A stretch of 64,000 bases of DNA from Eledone cirrhosa (GCA_964016885.1 OZ024746.1:73036001-73100000), one strand, 5' to 3'. Shown: positions 15,693 to 30,611, counted from the first letter of the stretch. Notes: a model not told the origin generated them from the sequence alone. Numbers and translations are program-made.

Positions 15693-15867
15693 AGAAGGGG
15701 AGTAATATTGTAGAACAATAAAACTATGCATATATCAGATAAGTAGCACTCAACAGTTGGTAGAACTGGAGTATATATTAAAGAAGAAATTAAAAGATGG
15801 TTAAAAAAGTTCCATATATTTTATTATGCGCATTTCGAAATGCGCATAATAAAATATATGGAACTTT
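15691..15867 (-). mobile_element. Family B remnant with perfect 62-bp palindrome 15806-15867
   Basis: Tail homologous to 3577-3654; palindrome centred on tttc|gaaa; followed by a SINE fragment. Confidence 0.8.
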
Positions 15868-16173
15868 CTGAGTTCTGAGTTCAAATTCTATCGAGGTTAG
15901 CTTTGCCTCTCATCCTTCCGAGGTCGATAAAATAAAATACTAATTAAGTACTGGGGACGATGTAACTTACTTCTCCTTCGCCTTCAACGTCTGTATATAT
16001 GCCCCCACCTCTCATTGTCGGTCTCTATGTCCTTTCTACTACTGTCGGTCTGTATGTTCTCTCTACCACTGTTAAATATTACCTTGAAGATACTGAAACA
16101 GTAAACATAGGAAAAAACAAAGACAACCCAAAATACCATTAAATATTTAAAAACAAATAGAATTAAGAGTTTC

Positions 16174-16559
16174 GTGGATTGGCAGTATCGGTAGAGGGTC
16201 GGACGTCATGCTTTCCAGCATAGTTACGTCCCTTTACGGACTGAGTTCAAATCCCGCCGAGGTTAACTTTGCCTTTCATCCTTTCGGGGTCGATAAAATA
16301 AAGTACCAGTAATGTACTGGTTAATTGCTGGCCTTGTGCCAAAAGTAGAAACAATTATCATAATATAGTATTGTGGATTGGCAGTATCGGTAGAGGGTCG
16401 GACGCGATGCTTTGACGTATAGAGTTATGGCCTTTGCCATTCTGAGTTCAAATCCCGCCGGGGTTAACGTTGTCTTTCATCCTTACGGAGTAGATAAAAT
16501 AAAGTACCAGTAATGAACTGGATAATTGCTGGCCTTGTGCCAAAAGTAGAAACAATTAT
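16174..16559 (+). mobile_element. Two tandem tRNA-derived SINEs (16174-16357, 16373-16559)
   Basis: A-box-like TGGCAGTATCGG, B-box GAGTTCAAATCCC, core GCCTTTCATCCTT.CGGGGTCGATAAAA, end GTAGAAACAATTAT. Confidence 0.9.
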
Positions 16560-16564
16560 CATAA

Positions 16565-16582
16565 TCTATATATAAAAATCTG

Positions 16583-16621
<39 letters not shown>

Positions 16622-17220
16622 CTGTAAGTTTGAATCACTAAAACTCGAGAAGTACCCAACCGATTTTTTTTCAAACTTTACATGTGTATTACTTACGTTT
16701 CAGGGAGTGTATTGCACATAAAATTCAACTTTTTCATCTCCAAGGCCCGCATTAGGTGCAAAACTGCGATTTTCAGCTTTTTAGGTTTTTTTTTAGGCGT
16801 TACGCCGGACCGATTTCCTTGAAATTGTAACTATGTATTAGTCAGTCTCTTCTTCATACCGTGAGCAAAGAAAATCCAACTTTTTTATGGCCTAGGGCCC
16901 GCATTAGGTGAAAATCTTCCTTTTTCACAGCTTTTTATGGCTTTTTTGAGGCGTTATGTCTAGCCTATTTTCCCGAAATTTCAAGGCATATTATGCACAT
17001 ATAAAAATTCATTTTCCTGATCCCCTAGGGCCCGCGTTAGGTGAAAACCTGCATTTTTCCTGCTTCATCGAGGAAAATCTTAAAGATTATCTAACCATCA
17101 GAGTATTCGGTTTATTTTCTTTACATATTGTCAACGCATGCAGTTTTTCCACGATTAGGTCTGTTGGCGGCCCGCGTTCCAAAATACCTCATCCCGTGCA
17201 ACGCCGGGTACCACTGCTAG
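16565..17220 (+). mobile_element. Non-autonomous Helitron
   Basis: 5' TC, 3' CTAG preceded by the hairpin CCCGTGCAACGCCGGG, inserted at A|T, internal (GT)n. Confidence 0.8.
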
Positions 17221-17369
17221 TATAGTATAAAGAGAGCAGGGGAAAATAATTATAATTATCTACACCTGTGATGACCTGGTTGACGTTTAAATTCCAATGA
17301 AAGATTCCTGAATTTGCATTTAACTATGTTAAAAATACTTCTAGAACAAACAGACATCTAACCATCCAT

Positions 17370-18955
17370 CCATGCATTCATTCATTCATCCACATATCCA
17401 TTCTTACATACATATTTACATATACAATGCATACATAGATACATGCATACATACATACGTACATATATACGTATACATACATAGATACATGCATTACACA
17501 CATACGTTCATATATATATGTATACATACATATATACATACATAGATGCATGCATACACACATAGGTACATATATATGAATACATTCATACATAGATACA
17601 TGCATACACACATACGTACATATATACATACATAGATAGATACATGCATACACACATAAGTACATATATATGTATACATACATACATAGATACATACATA
17701 CATAGATACATACTTACATATATGGTGGCTGCCAACTCGTTTTCGAGTACGGCCACTACTTTATATCCATGTAGGAGAACCCCTACCGATGCGCTGAACG
17801 AGTGTGACTTTTTAGTCCAGCCAGCGACTTGAAAACTCTGGTACAAACACTACACTTCTGACAACTATTGACACATAGTGCTGGGCCCATGGTACCATGT
17901 GACGACAAGTGCAGAGAGATCTCCAGATATAAAGCAATGCCTGTGCTGTGAAGATTTTATAGTGAGCAAAGGCACTGCACAAAGCCAGTACCACTCTCTT
18001 AACCAAGATGATATTTACCAAAAAGAAGAACAAGTCAACATCATTGGATACCATCAGGGTTGCAGGTGTTATATCAGAGTATTCCTTCTCCTAGAATTCT
18101 GCCTTGACAAAGGCTAAAGGGTCATCTCTCCCGGTGATTTTGGATGGCCATTGACTCTTAAGAGCTCCTTTGCCCTTTGACAGGTTTTGTTTTTAGTCCT
18201 GCAGGATGTCCAAAGTCACCCGCCTCACCAAGAAAACTTGGTGGGGTTGCCAGTTTAGTCGTCAACGACCCGAGTCATGAGACAGGTTGTACTGGGATAC
18301 ATGTTACCAGTAGCACCAACTGGTGACCTGACATACGTACATATATACGCATATATGTATACATACTTAGATACATAGATACGTGTATACACACATACGT
18401 ACGTATATACGTATACATACATAGATACATGCATACACATACGTACATATATATACATCATAGATACATGCATACACACATACGTACACATACACGCATA
18501 GATACATGCTTACACGCGTATGTACATATATATATATATACATACATAGACACATGCATACACACACACGTACATATATACGTATACATACATACCCAAA
18601 TAGATACATACATACACACATACGTACATATACATAGATAATGCATGCACACGTATGTACATATATACATATACGTACATCATAGATACATGCATACACA
18701 CATACCTACATATATACATATACATACATCATAGATACATGCATGCACACATACGCACACATATATGTATACCTACATACATAGATACATGCAGACACAC
18801 ATACATACATATATATGTATATATACATACATAGATACATGCATACACACATATGTACATATACATACATAGGTACATGCATACATACATTCATGCATAC
18901 ATACATATGTACATATATACGTATACATACATCATAGATACATGCATACACACAG
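17370..18955. repeat. Degenerate (TACA/TAGATACATGCA)-type simple-repeat tract, interrupted at ~17722-18330
   Basis: Recurrent catagatacatgcatacacacat units. Confidence 0.85.
17722..18330. mobile_element. Unclassified interspersed repeat; diverged second copy at ~18960-19285
   Basis: Shared blocks in the same order (tggctgc.aactcg.tttc; ttttagtcc; aaaagaagaac..gtcaacatcatt; atatcagagt..ccttctc.taga). Possibly an RTE-type UTR, but no class-diagnostic motif seen. Confidence 0.5.
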
Positions 18956-20460
18956 GTATATATGGCTGCAACTCGATTTCAAGTAATACCATCGCTTGAT
19001 ACTTAAGCATGAACATCATGGATGTTGCTTTTTAGTCCTGCTAGGGACTTGCCTGTGGCCAGCAATGCCATGCATAGCAAAAAATGTCACATGTCAAGTG
19101 ATGCCTGTGCTTGAAGTTTTTTTAAGTGAAGAAAGGCACGGGTCCAATCCCACTCTCTAAACATCGAATGCATTTACCCAAAAAGAAGAACTGGTCAACA
19201 TCATTAGATGCAAACGAAGTCGCGGGTTTTATATCAGAGTGACCTTCTCCTAGAGAGATGACTTAATGAAGATTAGGAGTTTCTCGTTAAAAAAAAAAAA
19301 AAAAAAAAAAAAATACATACGTACATATATATGTATATATGTCCAGGTAGTTGCATACATACAAAGTCTTGAAAAATAAACATACTTTTGATACTAACAC
19401 GCTGAAAACCACCTCAATTCTGTGATGATAAATCTCTTGTTTTAAAATATTCATATTTAAATACATAATAATGTTATAGAAGGATATCTTCGTTAAACTG
19501 TCAACTAAACAGCTGCTTAATATGGTTAGATATTTTACTAAAGTCCTTCAAATTGTTGATTATTTACAAAATTAATTGAAAAACAGAGCTTGTCTTTATC
19601 TTTTTTCAATATTTCCATCATTGTATAACTTATGTTTGTAAAACATATTTGCTATAATAAAACCATAGTTTTCAGATATGAAAAAAAAAAAAGATTTGTT
19701 ATTCCGGACATATTCGATTTGTCATATTTTTAAAGATAGAAGCATATTTGAAAAAAAAAAAAAAAAATATTAATTCATCCACAGTGAAACTATATTAAGA
19801 AAAACCACAATCCTTGCTTTCACACAAGGACAGAAAACATCTCGTTTGTATAGCAATGGATGGATATATCATGTTCTGTATATGACAATTGAATAGACGA
19901 TTGTGTGACGCATTTTCTAATGGCTTTTTCGTAACCAATGTTATATAGATGCGTTTACAAATATTTTTACTTTTATAATATCGCGAAACTTTCCTGATTC
20001 AATCGTCTGAATAATCAGTAACGTGAAAAGAATAGTTACGATTCCAGAAGCTTCAGTTACCGACAAAATATGTACGTTCTACTTTATGTATTGAGTATTT
20101 TTGAGTAAATTACATTACCGTTTGTTTTATTCCTTGATACTAACATAAACTTACAAGTGTCAAAATATTTCAACACATATTTGCAATGTGATTGCTGACA
20201 CACATTCTCTTCATGTCTTCAGAATTAGTTAATGGAAAGTTTTCTATAGGCCACAAACAATTCGTTCTTTTTTCTCCCCTATTTTATTTTATTTTCTCAA
20301 CATCTTAATCGGATTTCTTTCTAAGAAATTAATAAAAAGAAAGGATAAAAAGAAACAAATAATCTACCGAAACTGTGCATGAATGTAATATGCATTTTCT
20401 GCGCATGTGTTAGTTGAGTGACGAAACATTCAGAGACATTATATTATACAATACAATACA

Positions 20461-20651
20461 GGCGGTGGATTGGCAGTATTGGTAGAGTATCAGATGCCAT
20501 GCTTTGACGCATAGAGTTACGGCCCTTGCCATTCTGAGTTCAAATCCCGCCGAGGTTAACTTTGCCTTTCATCCTTACGGGGTCGATAAAATAAAGTACC
20601 AGTAATACACTGAGTAATTGCTGGCCTTGTGCCTAACATAGAAACAATTAT
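20461..20651 (+). mobile_element. tRNA-derived SINE
   Basis: Same family as 16174. Confidence 0.9.
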
Positions 20652-20801
20652 ATTATACAATACAATTATGAAATATAAAAAAAGGCGCATGCACCTTCTT
20701 ATGCGTATATTTTTTCTGATATGTAACATGTCTCTTGCACGAAGTAAATTTTCCAGTTTTAACGCGCATTCTTTTATCAAATCATGCGCCAACCAATATA
20801 G

Positions 20802-20861
<60 letters not shown>

Positions 20862-20915
20862 ACACATACAGAAACACACAGACACACGCAGACACACGCG
20901 TGCATACATACATTC

Positions 20916-20956
<41 letters not shown>

Positions 20957-21030
20957 CACATACATACACACATATATATATGACACACACTCACACACAG
21001 ATATATATGTGTGTGTGTGTGAGTGTGTGT

Positions 21031-23265
21031 CAGGTAACTTAAGAGCACTACTGGTCATATGTAGTCCAGTACAACCTGTCACATGGTTGAGTCGTCGGCG
21101 TTTAAACCGCAACCCCATCAAGCTTGCTTGGTGCTGAGGGTGAGTTTCAGGCACCTTGCAGGATGAAAAACAAAACCCTTCAAAGAACTCTGAAGAGTCA
21201 ATGGCCATCCAATACCTGGTGTGTGTTGTTTACTGGACTGGATTCGTGCCAAACTTCTGCACCATTCATTTGTCATCAACAACTCCAAAATGTGTGGTTG
21301 GTCCAACACAAGCCTTCACCATTATAAACAATTCTTTTGTGTGGATAGCTCAACAGCTCTATCAGTTCACTAACACGAAGCCTACTGGTGAAAGAGGAAA
21401 GGCGACGAGGACAAGTAAAGAGTACTACTGACAGTCCTTAGCTGGAGCTCTACACACGGCAATTATCAGTTGATGGCCGTTCATATACAAAATATGAGCA
21501 ATTTGCGCTGTTCGTGTCTTCTGAGGGTGACAAAGGAGATCTTTTTAGACATAGTACCGCTCTCCCCACACAAGGAGTGGTCGGTGAAAAGAGCCCTAAA
21601 CAAATGCCCACTCAATCTTTTAAATTGGCAATTGACCACGGCTGTCTGGTTATCCAAATGTGCGGTCGAAATAAAACAAAGTATTTAACTTTTGGTTCCT
21701 GGGATGTTAGAACATTCCAGGACAGCGATTCCAATCTGGAATGAAGATCAATTCTTATCTACAATGCATTTAATAGATATTATATCGATGTCTGTGCCAT
21801 AACTGAAACCCGGCTCCCTTGCACATCTCAAATGGAAGAACTAGAAGGGCACGCAATCTTCTGGTTAAAAAAAGTGAAAAAGACCAATGTCAATCTCATA
21901 GTGGTTTTATCATTAGATCTGACATTGCTAAATCCCTAATATCATTCCCAAAGGTGTCAGTGATCGTTTCATGACTTTCTCTGGATCTAGAAAACAGCAC
22001 TTGTGTTACGCTAGTAAGTTGTTAGGGCCCCAACCTTCTATTCATCTGAGTAGAATATCGAAACATTCTATGATCAGCTTCAGACAGTGACCTCTCCTGT
22101 TTCATTCAAGAACAATATCATCACAATAGGAGATATCAATACTAGAGTTGGAAATGAATACCAAACATGACATGACGTTCTTGGGTTTAATGAAGTCCGA
22201 TCTATGAACTCAAATTCTCCAGTATGCATTTGGTGTCAGATTTCAATTTCTAATTAACCATCAGTGCTTTATGGCTAAAACACTTATACGAACACGTGTT
22301 ATTCGGGATTTACTGTTTGCTGATAATGCTTTACTTGTTGCAATATCACTTGAAGAGGCACAAGATTTGATGAACCACTTGCTTGCAAGGCGCTTGGTTT
22401 AACAACCAGCATTAAAAAGACTGAGGTGGTACATCAACCAAAGTCAACGCCCTCAGATAAGTAGAAGATGTTAAGCAGGGACAGCTGTGGCACGGCCATC
22501 CCCATGTTTCCATTACTGTTGAACGCAAGGATCTGAAGTATGTGAACTCCTCTACATACCTTGGCCGCAAGATGAATCCCTCTATATCTCTGGATGATGA
22601 AATCGTCAATACCGTCTCCAAAGCAACTGACGCCTTTGGCAAAATACATTATCGTCTGCAGTTAATCATGCAGCGGTACTGACGACACTTTTATACAGAT
22701 CAGAGTAATGGAGTCATTATCGCACCCACATTTATAAACTGGATGTCTACCACAAGCAGTGTATTCGCTCTTTCTCCGGTTATGCACTTTCTGACAAAGT
22801 CTCCAATGTCGGTCTGTTCACGAGGTACAATATCAGTTGTATTGAGTCATTTCTGATGCAATCCCAACTTAGATTGGCTGCACATGCCCTACGGATGACT
22901 GAGGATCGCATACCGAAGGTACTGTTATACAGTCAAATTCGTAATGGTGCACATAATGTAGACAGGCCATATAAGTGTAAATCTATGAAAATACCTCTTA
23001 TTTCTTTTGAAAAATGGAGAACTGTCTGTCGTGAAAGTATAAAGAACTTTGAAAAATCTCGTCTGGTCCATCTTCGTAATCTACGATCTAACACCAAGAT
23101 CGATCAAAACTTCCATCCTGCTCCAAAATCTTTTCACCAGCACTAAATGTGGTTTGATGTATAAATCATCAGCTCCAACTTTAATGCCATTGAAGGGTTA
23201 ACCATAAAAATGAAATGAGAAGAATGCTGAACCCTAATACGCCGAAATACGGCGGGAGAGTTCAT
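21031..23265 (+). mobile_element. Decayed, internally deleted RTE-clade LINE
   Basis: APE motifs LTFGSWDVRT, IDVCAITETRL, GDINTRVG; RT motif RDLLFADNA; C-terminal QLRLAAHALRMTEDRIPKVLLY; many stops and frameshifts. Confidence 0.85.
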
Positions 23266-23296
23266 TATATATATATATTATATATATATATATATA

Positions 23297-23564
23297 ATTG
23301 GTGTTGGATGCTTAAAGCGTCCGTATGCGGTAGGCCGTATGAGCACTCGATCATCTCATAGAACAGAGTATGATATCACAGAAAAAAGAGAATCAGTGTT
23401 GCGACGAAAGGAATTTATTGGACATATTACAATTGTTTCTCGGGCGACCAGCTCGAGGCACGATCGATGTGGTGATCAAACCTGACTCTGAAATCGCGTG
23501 GTCCTCCGATACGTCTCGATTCTACGAAGAAAATCTGCTTCGTAGAATCGATTCTTTTTTTTCT

Positions 23565-23571
<7 letters not shown>
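23297..23571 (-). mobile_element. Small fold-back element with short terminal arms (23373-23394 / 23550-23571) and one-sided tail, in (TA)n
   Basis: atatcacagaaaaaagagaatc is inverted at the right end; the tail on minus reads TACTC...TCGAGTGCT; internal hairpin ~23518-23549. Confidence 0.6.
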
Positions 23572-23604
<33 letters not shown>

Positions 23605-23607
<3 letters not shown>

Positions 23608-23676
23608 TATTAAAAATTTATACTCTGTTATGTATTGAGTACATTACTGTGGTTATCCCCGATTTAACCCGGGATA
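23605..23676 (+). mobile_element. Family D tail remnant (also 36190-36295, 49546-49730, 52217-52255, 56297-56415)
   Basis: Shared tactctgttatgtattgagtac...gtggtta.ccc.att.aacccggga and/or GAAACAGttctagt.CTGTAgaagcc; always beside microsatellites. Confidence 0.7.
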
Positions 23677-23697
23677 CACACACACACACACACACGC

Positions 23698-23731
<34 letters not shown>

Positions 23732-23835
23732 CAGGTGACAACCAAAGATGAGACTTCAAATACGCACGTTTCAAATTCAATGCTACTAGGCAACACTATC
23801 TAACAAGTATCTTCAGGACACCACTGTACAACAAA

Positions 23836-23918
<83 letters not shown>

Positions 23919-24199
23919 GGGGGAGAGACACTTTTCCTACTATATCAAGTATTAATCTAATCAATATTTTCATTGTACTGTATCATTTCCTTGTGTTGCT
24001 TATCCGTTTACTTTTCGAAACGAAACGACTTAGGAATGAAAGTGTAAATCAATGACACTCTACAATGCTCGAAGAAATTACATCTGAAGGTGAACAGAAT
24101 AACACTAACCTAAAACCAAGCCATGAAAATATAATAAAACAATGATACATGAAATGGATTTGATACTGGGGATAAAATACAAAGAAGTGCAGAAAACAT

Positions 24200-26400
24200 T
24201 TTAAAATATGTACAGAAAAAAAAACATTCCCTAACCCCCAATATTCCCAAGTGATAATGAGCAGCAAACTTTAGCAGTTGATATATTTAAACACAGGGAC
24301 TACAACAGTGAAATGTCTTAGAGAGATTGATCAGCGTGGAGTGTAAAGAAGCATGCTATATTTCGAAAGTTAATACATCAGATTTTAATACAGGAAATTC
24401 ATACTTTACCAAGTGTAATTTGAGGAAATGGTATGAGCATGCACATAGTAACCAGCATAAATTGAATTATATATCATTGAGATAACTCAAACAAATAATT
24501 CAATCAAAAAAATGCATGAAACATTTTCTGCATAAGGAAACTGAAGCAGTAGAGGCCTAATAGATATAATATTTTACACCATTTAATTGACACTTTAATT
24601 TGGGGTACCCTTCGTCTAATTGTTGATGTTTACAATAGTAATTTTCTTAAGTTGGTTGAATCTTTGTGTCACAGGGATCTTTGTGTCACAGGGATCTCGT
24701 ACATGAAACCCGTGTTAAGAAAGTCAAAGAAAATTAAGAAAAAGAAGAAAGGTTGCAAACACGTTATTTGTCAGACGTGAATTGCAAAATGAATTTATTT
24801 CTCATTCTATCGATTTTTTTTTTTTGAAGTGCAAGCTCTCTGAAATATCAAAAGCAAAATATTATTCAATAATAGTTGATGCAGCACCTGGTTCCACACA
24901 TATCGAATATACAGAATGTATCAGATATTACCTTTAAAGTATAGATTGCGAATTTAATATTCAAGAGATAATTGTATTGTTTAAAAAGTGTTGCGAGTAT
25001 ACAGGTCCAGGGAATACAAACTCAATAAAAGAAACATTAAGTAAACATAATATCTCTTAGAAAATTGGTTGCAGAGGAGGATATGACAATGGTACCAATA
25101 TGACAGCCAAGTACAAGGGAATGCAAACATGAAAAAAAAACTGTTGCTGTTTTGTCACCATGTGGATTCCATACTTTGAATTTTTGTATTACGGATTCAG
25201 TAGTGTACTTCATCTTGAAGTTGTCGATAATATCATTTCCTATAGTCAGGGTGGAAAATTCTCCTGACACACAAATGCTGCCAATTATTGCATCATATAT
25301 CGACTATTTAGGAGGTAGCCAGCATGGATAATGAGAAATAATTTGTATAAAATCTCTTAAAATTTAAGACCAAAAGTGAAATAAAAGGAGCTATTAAATA
25401 TATGTCCTCATTCAAAATTTATACTCATGTCATCCATCTGGTTCACCATGATTGTTCCCATTGACATCTACAGCATGGTTATTACAACCAAAAGATGCTA
25501 TTGTTGATATTAAAGTGGGCGACATTGAAATGCTCATGGCAAATTTGCGAAACTAGCTAGATCAATTTGATACCCAACTGACAGACTGAAAGCATGTCGC
25601 AAACAATTTACACATTGAAATTAAACGACATGCAAGACAGAAAAGGTGATAGGCATTTATTTATGAGAACCAATAATGTAATAACAGACAGACGAAGAAT
25701 CCTAACACATATGAATATGTATTTATGTATTATTTAGAAGATCGGTTGTTTATGCCAATGTCGATACCACAAAATAATTTCTGATAATTTCTCATTCCTC
25801 TGACGATTCCTGTCTAAAATGGAAATTCGTTTGACCACAAAATGCATATCATATGCGAATATTTATAATGCTTAGGTATATGGCAAACAACTTGAACTAG
25901 TTGATACAAATATTATGTTACAAATTCGCAAATTTGGGGAACTATAAATAAGCCTATGTATTTACACAGCAAGATACACTACTACAAATTTAAAACGCTG
26001 TTCAAAATTGTTTTAGATCATTACGGAGGTTTTATCACGATACCATGATCATGATTTCTTCTATAGGCACAAGGCCAGCAATTTTGGGGGAGGGGAAAGT
26101 CGATTAAATCGACTCCAGTGCTTTATTTATCGACCCCGCAAGGATGAAAGGCAAAGTTAATCTCAGCGGGATTTGAACTCAGAACATAAAGGGCCGTAAC
26201 TCTATGCCGCTAAACATGGTGTCCAACACTCTACCGATACTGTCAATCCACCGCCTTTCACGATACCATGATAATGACAGCAAAATGTTCTTTCAGTAAA
26301 CTTAAATTGATAGAGAACTACATCAGAACAAACATGTCACAATGTTATCTAGTGGCCTTAACCCGACTTAACATCGAATCAGAACATTTGAAATATTGAT
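24200..26400 (+). mobile_element. Fossil hAT transposase (ZMYM1/Tip100-like), interrupted by a SINE
   Basis: YYSIIVDAAPGSTHIE, GYDNGTNMTAKYKGMQ, PCGFHTLN and dimerization-domain CSFSKLKLIENYIRTNMSQ...LNIE; broken frames; ends approximate. Confidence 0.8.
26050..26257 (-). mobile_element. tRNA-derived SINE with 15-bp TSD
   Basis: TSD tcacgataccatgat at 26035-26049 and 26258-26272. Confidence 0.9.
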
Positions 26401-26859
26401 TTCTAGCATTTAAAACAACAACAACAACAACAAAAAACGTTGTACAAAAGAATTCATGCAATGTTAGTGATTCTATATTTGCTTATAAGGAAATAATTTA
26501 GAATTACTCCAGCTTTTGGCTTTAATAATTGGTGGATGAAGCTCTCAATTATATACGAATCTTGCGAATGTTTTATAACTTCAGCAATATGTGCAATTAA
26601 ATTGCAACAATCGAGAACAATAGGCTAAATACCTTCAAACTCGCTGCGAAACGCTACAAATCAAAGAAACGCGGATGATTTGTACCTAATACATATCTCA
26701 GAAAAGTAAACAGTCGCAAAAGCATAGATGAACATAACAGTAAAATAGATGAAAAAAAAAGACTTCTCTACAGAAAATGGAGCCGACATTTTCCTGCTGA
26801 CATTAACGCTTGCTTCCATCTTATATTGAAATGATTTAATTATTGATACAAAATTATCA

Positions 26860-28170
26860 AAACAACTGTGTATTTAGAGTATTTTCCACAAGGATGCCCT
26901 ATTCACTGTATCAAAGATTATTATTTGATCAATGAAAACTTGTACATGCTTCATGTTACATCATAGCATTTCTCTTTATTTATCTTGCTGTGATAATCAT
27001 ACATTATTCCGTTACTTTCGCCAACATACGGCCAGCTGAACGGATCATTGCAAGAATTGAGCGAAATGGATGTAAGGACTCGCAAACTGTTCAATGTTAC
27101 TGGAAACTTTAACATCACTGGTGATGTAGACGGGCTATATTTCTCACGCAAGGAGGGTAACCGAGGCCTAGAACACATATTAACATCATAGGAGACCCGG
27201 ATAATAATACTGAAGCAACATCTTCAACAGAAGAAAAAGGTCAGCAGCCATTTCACCCAAGTTTATGAACATGAAAAAATAACAATATTGTTAGGATAGT
27301 CACTGATCTAGAAGAGAGACATGAATTAAAACCTGTTACAATTTTTTTCTTCTAAGAACACTGGAAGACTCTACTCATTGCTCGAACAAAATAAAAAAAA
27401 AATGGATTGGGTTTTACATGGGTACTTGAAATGAAAACCACAGATTATAGAAGGGATAAACCATGCTAAAAGTATGACATGGAGTTCCGACAAGTTCATA
27501 ACATCCAACCTTGATGGATATCTTCATGCAATCCAGGAACAAGAAATTCTCACCAAGTACCTACTGCGCAAAAGGGGAAGGTCATCAGTTGACAATAAAT
27601 GTAGGCTATGTAAAACAAAGATTGATGATGCAAGCCGCATTATTGTCAACTGTGAAAGAATGCGTTTTCGATTCATGAGGCATGGTGTGATAATTAGAGC
27701 GATATAGAATGCATTACAGAACGCGGAGATCAAATCAAATAGGGAGGAATATGTTGAGACTGATGGCTCAAAGGAATACTTGTGGAACCTAAAAATAAAT
27801 GAAAATGCCATCAAATTAAAGCGCTACCGGTCTGATATTGTTGTTTCAGACCACAATTTAAAAACATGCTCTGTTGTAGAAGTTAGCTGCCCACTTGATG
27901 TCAATAGGGTAAGAAAAATACAAAAGAAGGGAGATATCTACAGACCATTGGTGAGAAGTTTGCAGATTTAGTATCCAAGTTACACGTTCAGCTTCATATC
28001 CATTATTCTTCTAGCTATAGATTATAAACCAACCCGCCTGAACCAAAGTATAACTGAACTTAGATTTGTAGAGAAAGAAAGACGCTCCTTAATTCCATAA
28101 GCTACAAATGGCCGCGATATCTGGAACCTTTAAAATTTGTAAAACATTCTAACGATTCAAGAGATGACGA
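26860..28170 (+). mobile_element. Decayed R4/Dong-like RLE non-LTR retrotransposon (3' part)
   Basis: MDVRTRKLF...DVDGLYFSRKEGNRGL, AIQEQEILTKY, CRLC zinc finger, RH, RSDIVV...EVSCP restriction-like endonuclease motif. Confidence 0.8.
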
Positions 28171-29282
28171 CAATTTCCTTTTCTTTACAACCTTGCAACC
28201 GGGAAGATCGCTGGTCAAACATAAACTCAAAATTAAGAGAAAGAGAGAACATACAAACATATATACAGTGACAAAGTGAAAAGGAAAATATTTAAGCTAA
28301 AATGAGGAAACTGCAGATAATTCACTCTGACTATACCGTTGGATTTGTATTTGTAATTATTAGAGTCCGTAGATAAGTTACTAAATGCCTCAGCATAAAT
28401 CTTGAGAAGCTGGGCTTTATAGAACCCAGAAAGAGCACGAATGATTAGGAAATTATATTTATAATCCCAATATAAAAAATGGTAAAATATTCGCGATACT
28501 TCGCATGTAATAAGAAAAACACATAGAAACACATAATTCAAAGCATAGATTTAATAACAATCATAGAATATGTTAATTTAACTTAAACTGAATTCAAATA
28601 AAATAAATAAAATCAAGTTAATATCAGATTAGAGACTCTAATATCAGACAGATTCCATTAAATTGTCATTTGGAAACATGCTGCAATACAAAATAATTTA
28701 ATATTCTCATTTTATAAACTTCATGACATTAAAAGAAAGGTAAAAGGAAAAAATGAACAATTATATTCATTTGATTTGATTTAGTTTAATTAAATTCAGT
28801 TTAAATGAAATAAGCTTATTTGTAATTTTTATTAACTGATGCTATTTTATAGCTATCTTACTTTGACGTATGTACGACGTAAAAATAACACCCCAAATTA
28901 TAAACTGAAAAATATGAAATGTTTAATCGATTATCTCTGCATTTTACTGCACGAACGTCACTTAGATATCGTCACCACGTAAATATCATAGTCATGTTAA
29001 CATATACCCGAAGAATGTCCCAATAGAAATGTAAGTACTTGTGAAAATACAATATAAAATGTGAAAATCGTGCTGAAATTTGATTGACCAATATACGAAC
29101 TGTGCACAATTCTACAAACTTTACATATATATATATATATCAAGTAAGTTTTGAAACAGTGAGCAGGTTTGAAAATAGAAAATAGAATAGCTTTCACCGT
29201 ATTTTTGACTAAAGGAATTTTAGCCTGATAATGGGGTTTAGAACCCTTAGATAAATGGAAAAAGATGAGTATTGACGTACAT

Positions 29283-29344
<62 letters not shown>

Positions 29345-29347
<3 letters not shown>

Positions 29348-29423
29348 TGAGGTTGGGAGTTCGATTCCCGAACCGGGCGATGCGTTATGTCCTTGAGCAA
29401 GACACTTTATTTCACATTGCTCC
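29345..29423 (+). mobile_element. Fragment of a second tRNA-derived SINE family (another copy 47835-47950, minus)
   Basis: B-box GTTCGATTCC followed by gt.cttgagcaa.acactt.atttcacattgctc in both copies. Confidence 0.7.
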
Positions 29424-29997
29424 TTCTAACTGGATTTGCGACAGATAGTTTAAGCAATTGGAAAGACTAATGGAAACATTGTTTCCTGGGTCCGATTTGA
29501 CGAAAGTCAATATATATAAAGAAAAAAATAAATAACTAAGGTTTAATACATTATTCAATTGATTTACAAATATTTAATTCAAATACAGAAGGAGGTAGTA
29601 TTCTATTCCTCTTATAATATCTAATGATTCACAAGAATCATTAAATATTATAAAAAAGATAATATTTTACCAACTGCATCTCGAATGTCTCCAAACATGA
29701 AATATTGGAAAAACGTAAACAGGCTTTACATATAGTCGGGAAAACGTTAGAAATTATGGAAGATTATGCACAAATCAAAGCTTATTAGTAATACATACAC
29801 TATGTATTGGTTAGTTTGACTGTTATACTTAATACTCATATTTTGTCTCGAATAAACATTATTGCAGTGAAATTATGGTTTATCAATTTAATAACATTTA
29901 TTAAAGCTACGACCACTTCCTTCAAGCGTGTTTTACGACCACTTCCTCCTGTGTTTTGTTTTGCTTCATTTTTTAACTCTCTATATATACATATATA

Positions 29998-30112
29998 TAG
30001 GGAAAGAGTCAGGACCCCGACGGCTGAGCCCCGACCTGACTCTTTCCTATTACCCACTCTACTATCCAAATTCGAGTACTCTGGTGCGTTCTGGTCCTTC
30101 ACACTTCCTTCG

Positions 30113-30113
<1 letters not shown>
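29998..30113 (+). mobile_element. Minimal family A-related fold-back plus tail in (TA)n
   Basis: ggaaagagtcagg / cctgactctttcc arms, then tail ttacccactctact...gagtactctggtgcgtt...cttccttcg. Confidence 0.75.
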
Positions 30114-30177
<64 letters not shown>

Positions 30178-30181
<4 letters not shown>

Positions 30182-30530
30182 ATGGGGTTACATATATCGT
30201 TTACTCATAATAATTATTTCTACGGTTCTCCATGCAATCGAGATGTCCTTCATGCATTTGCTGTTGATTATGAGAACGGTTTCCTCAGATGAAGATCGAT
30301 ATATTTGATATGTCGCTGGCAGGAAAACACACATCCTAATGCCTGTGCGCCCAGCATACATCTGAGGAAAACGTTCTCATAATCAACGGCAAATTATGAT
30401 TAAACGATATATGTAACCTCAGCATCTTATTTTGTTATTTTTATAAAATACTCCATCGTAACTAAAACAACGATTGTTGAGAGCTTTCTCCTGCTTACTC
30501 CTATTTTTACCAAAACAATCTTTTCCGAAC

Positions 30531-30533
<3 letters not shown>
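30178..30533. mobile_element. Fold-back element (arms ~30178-30290 / 30358-30429 with indel) plus tail, in (TA)n
   Basis: atttgctgttgattatgagaacg.tttcctcagatg vs catctgaggaaaacgttctcataatcaacggcaaat; ggttacatatatcgttta vs taaacgatatatgtaacc. Confidence 0.7.

Positions 30534-30611
<78 letters not shown>

Noticed and set aside
16174-16270. tRNA genes at A/B-box motifs (also ~60745-60785)
   Set aside because: No cloverleaf; these are SINE heads or remnants.
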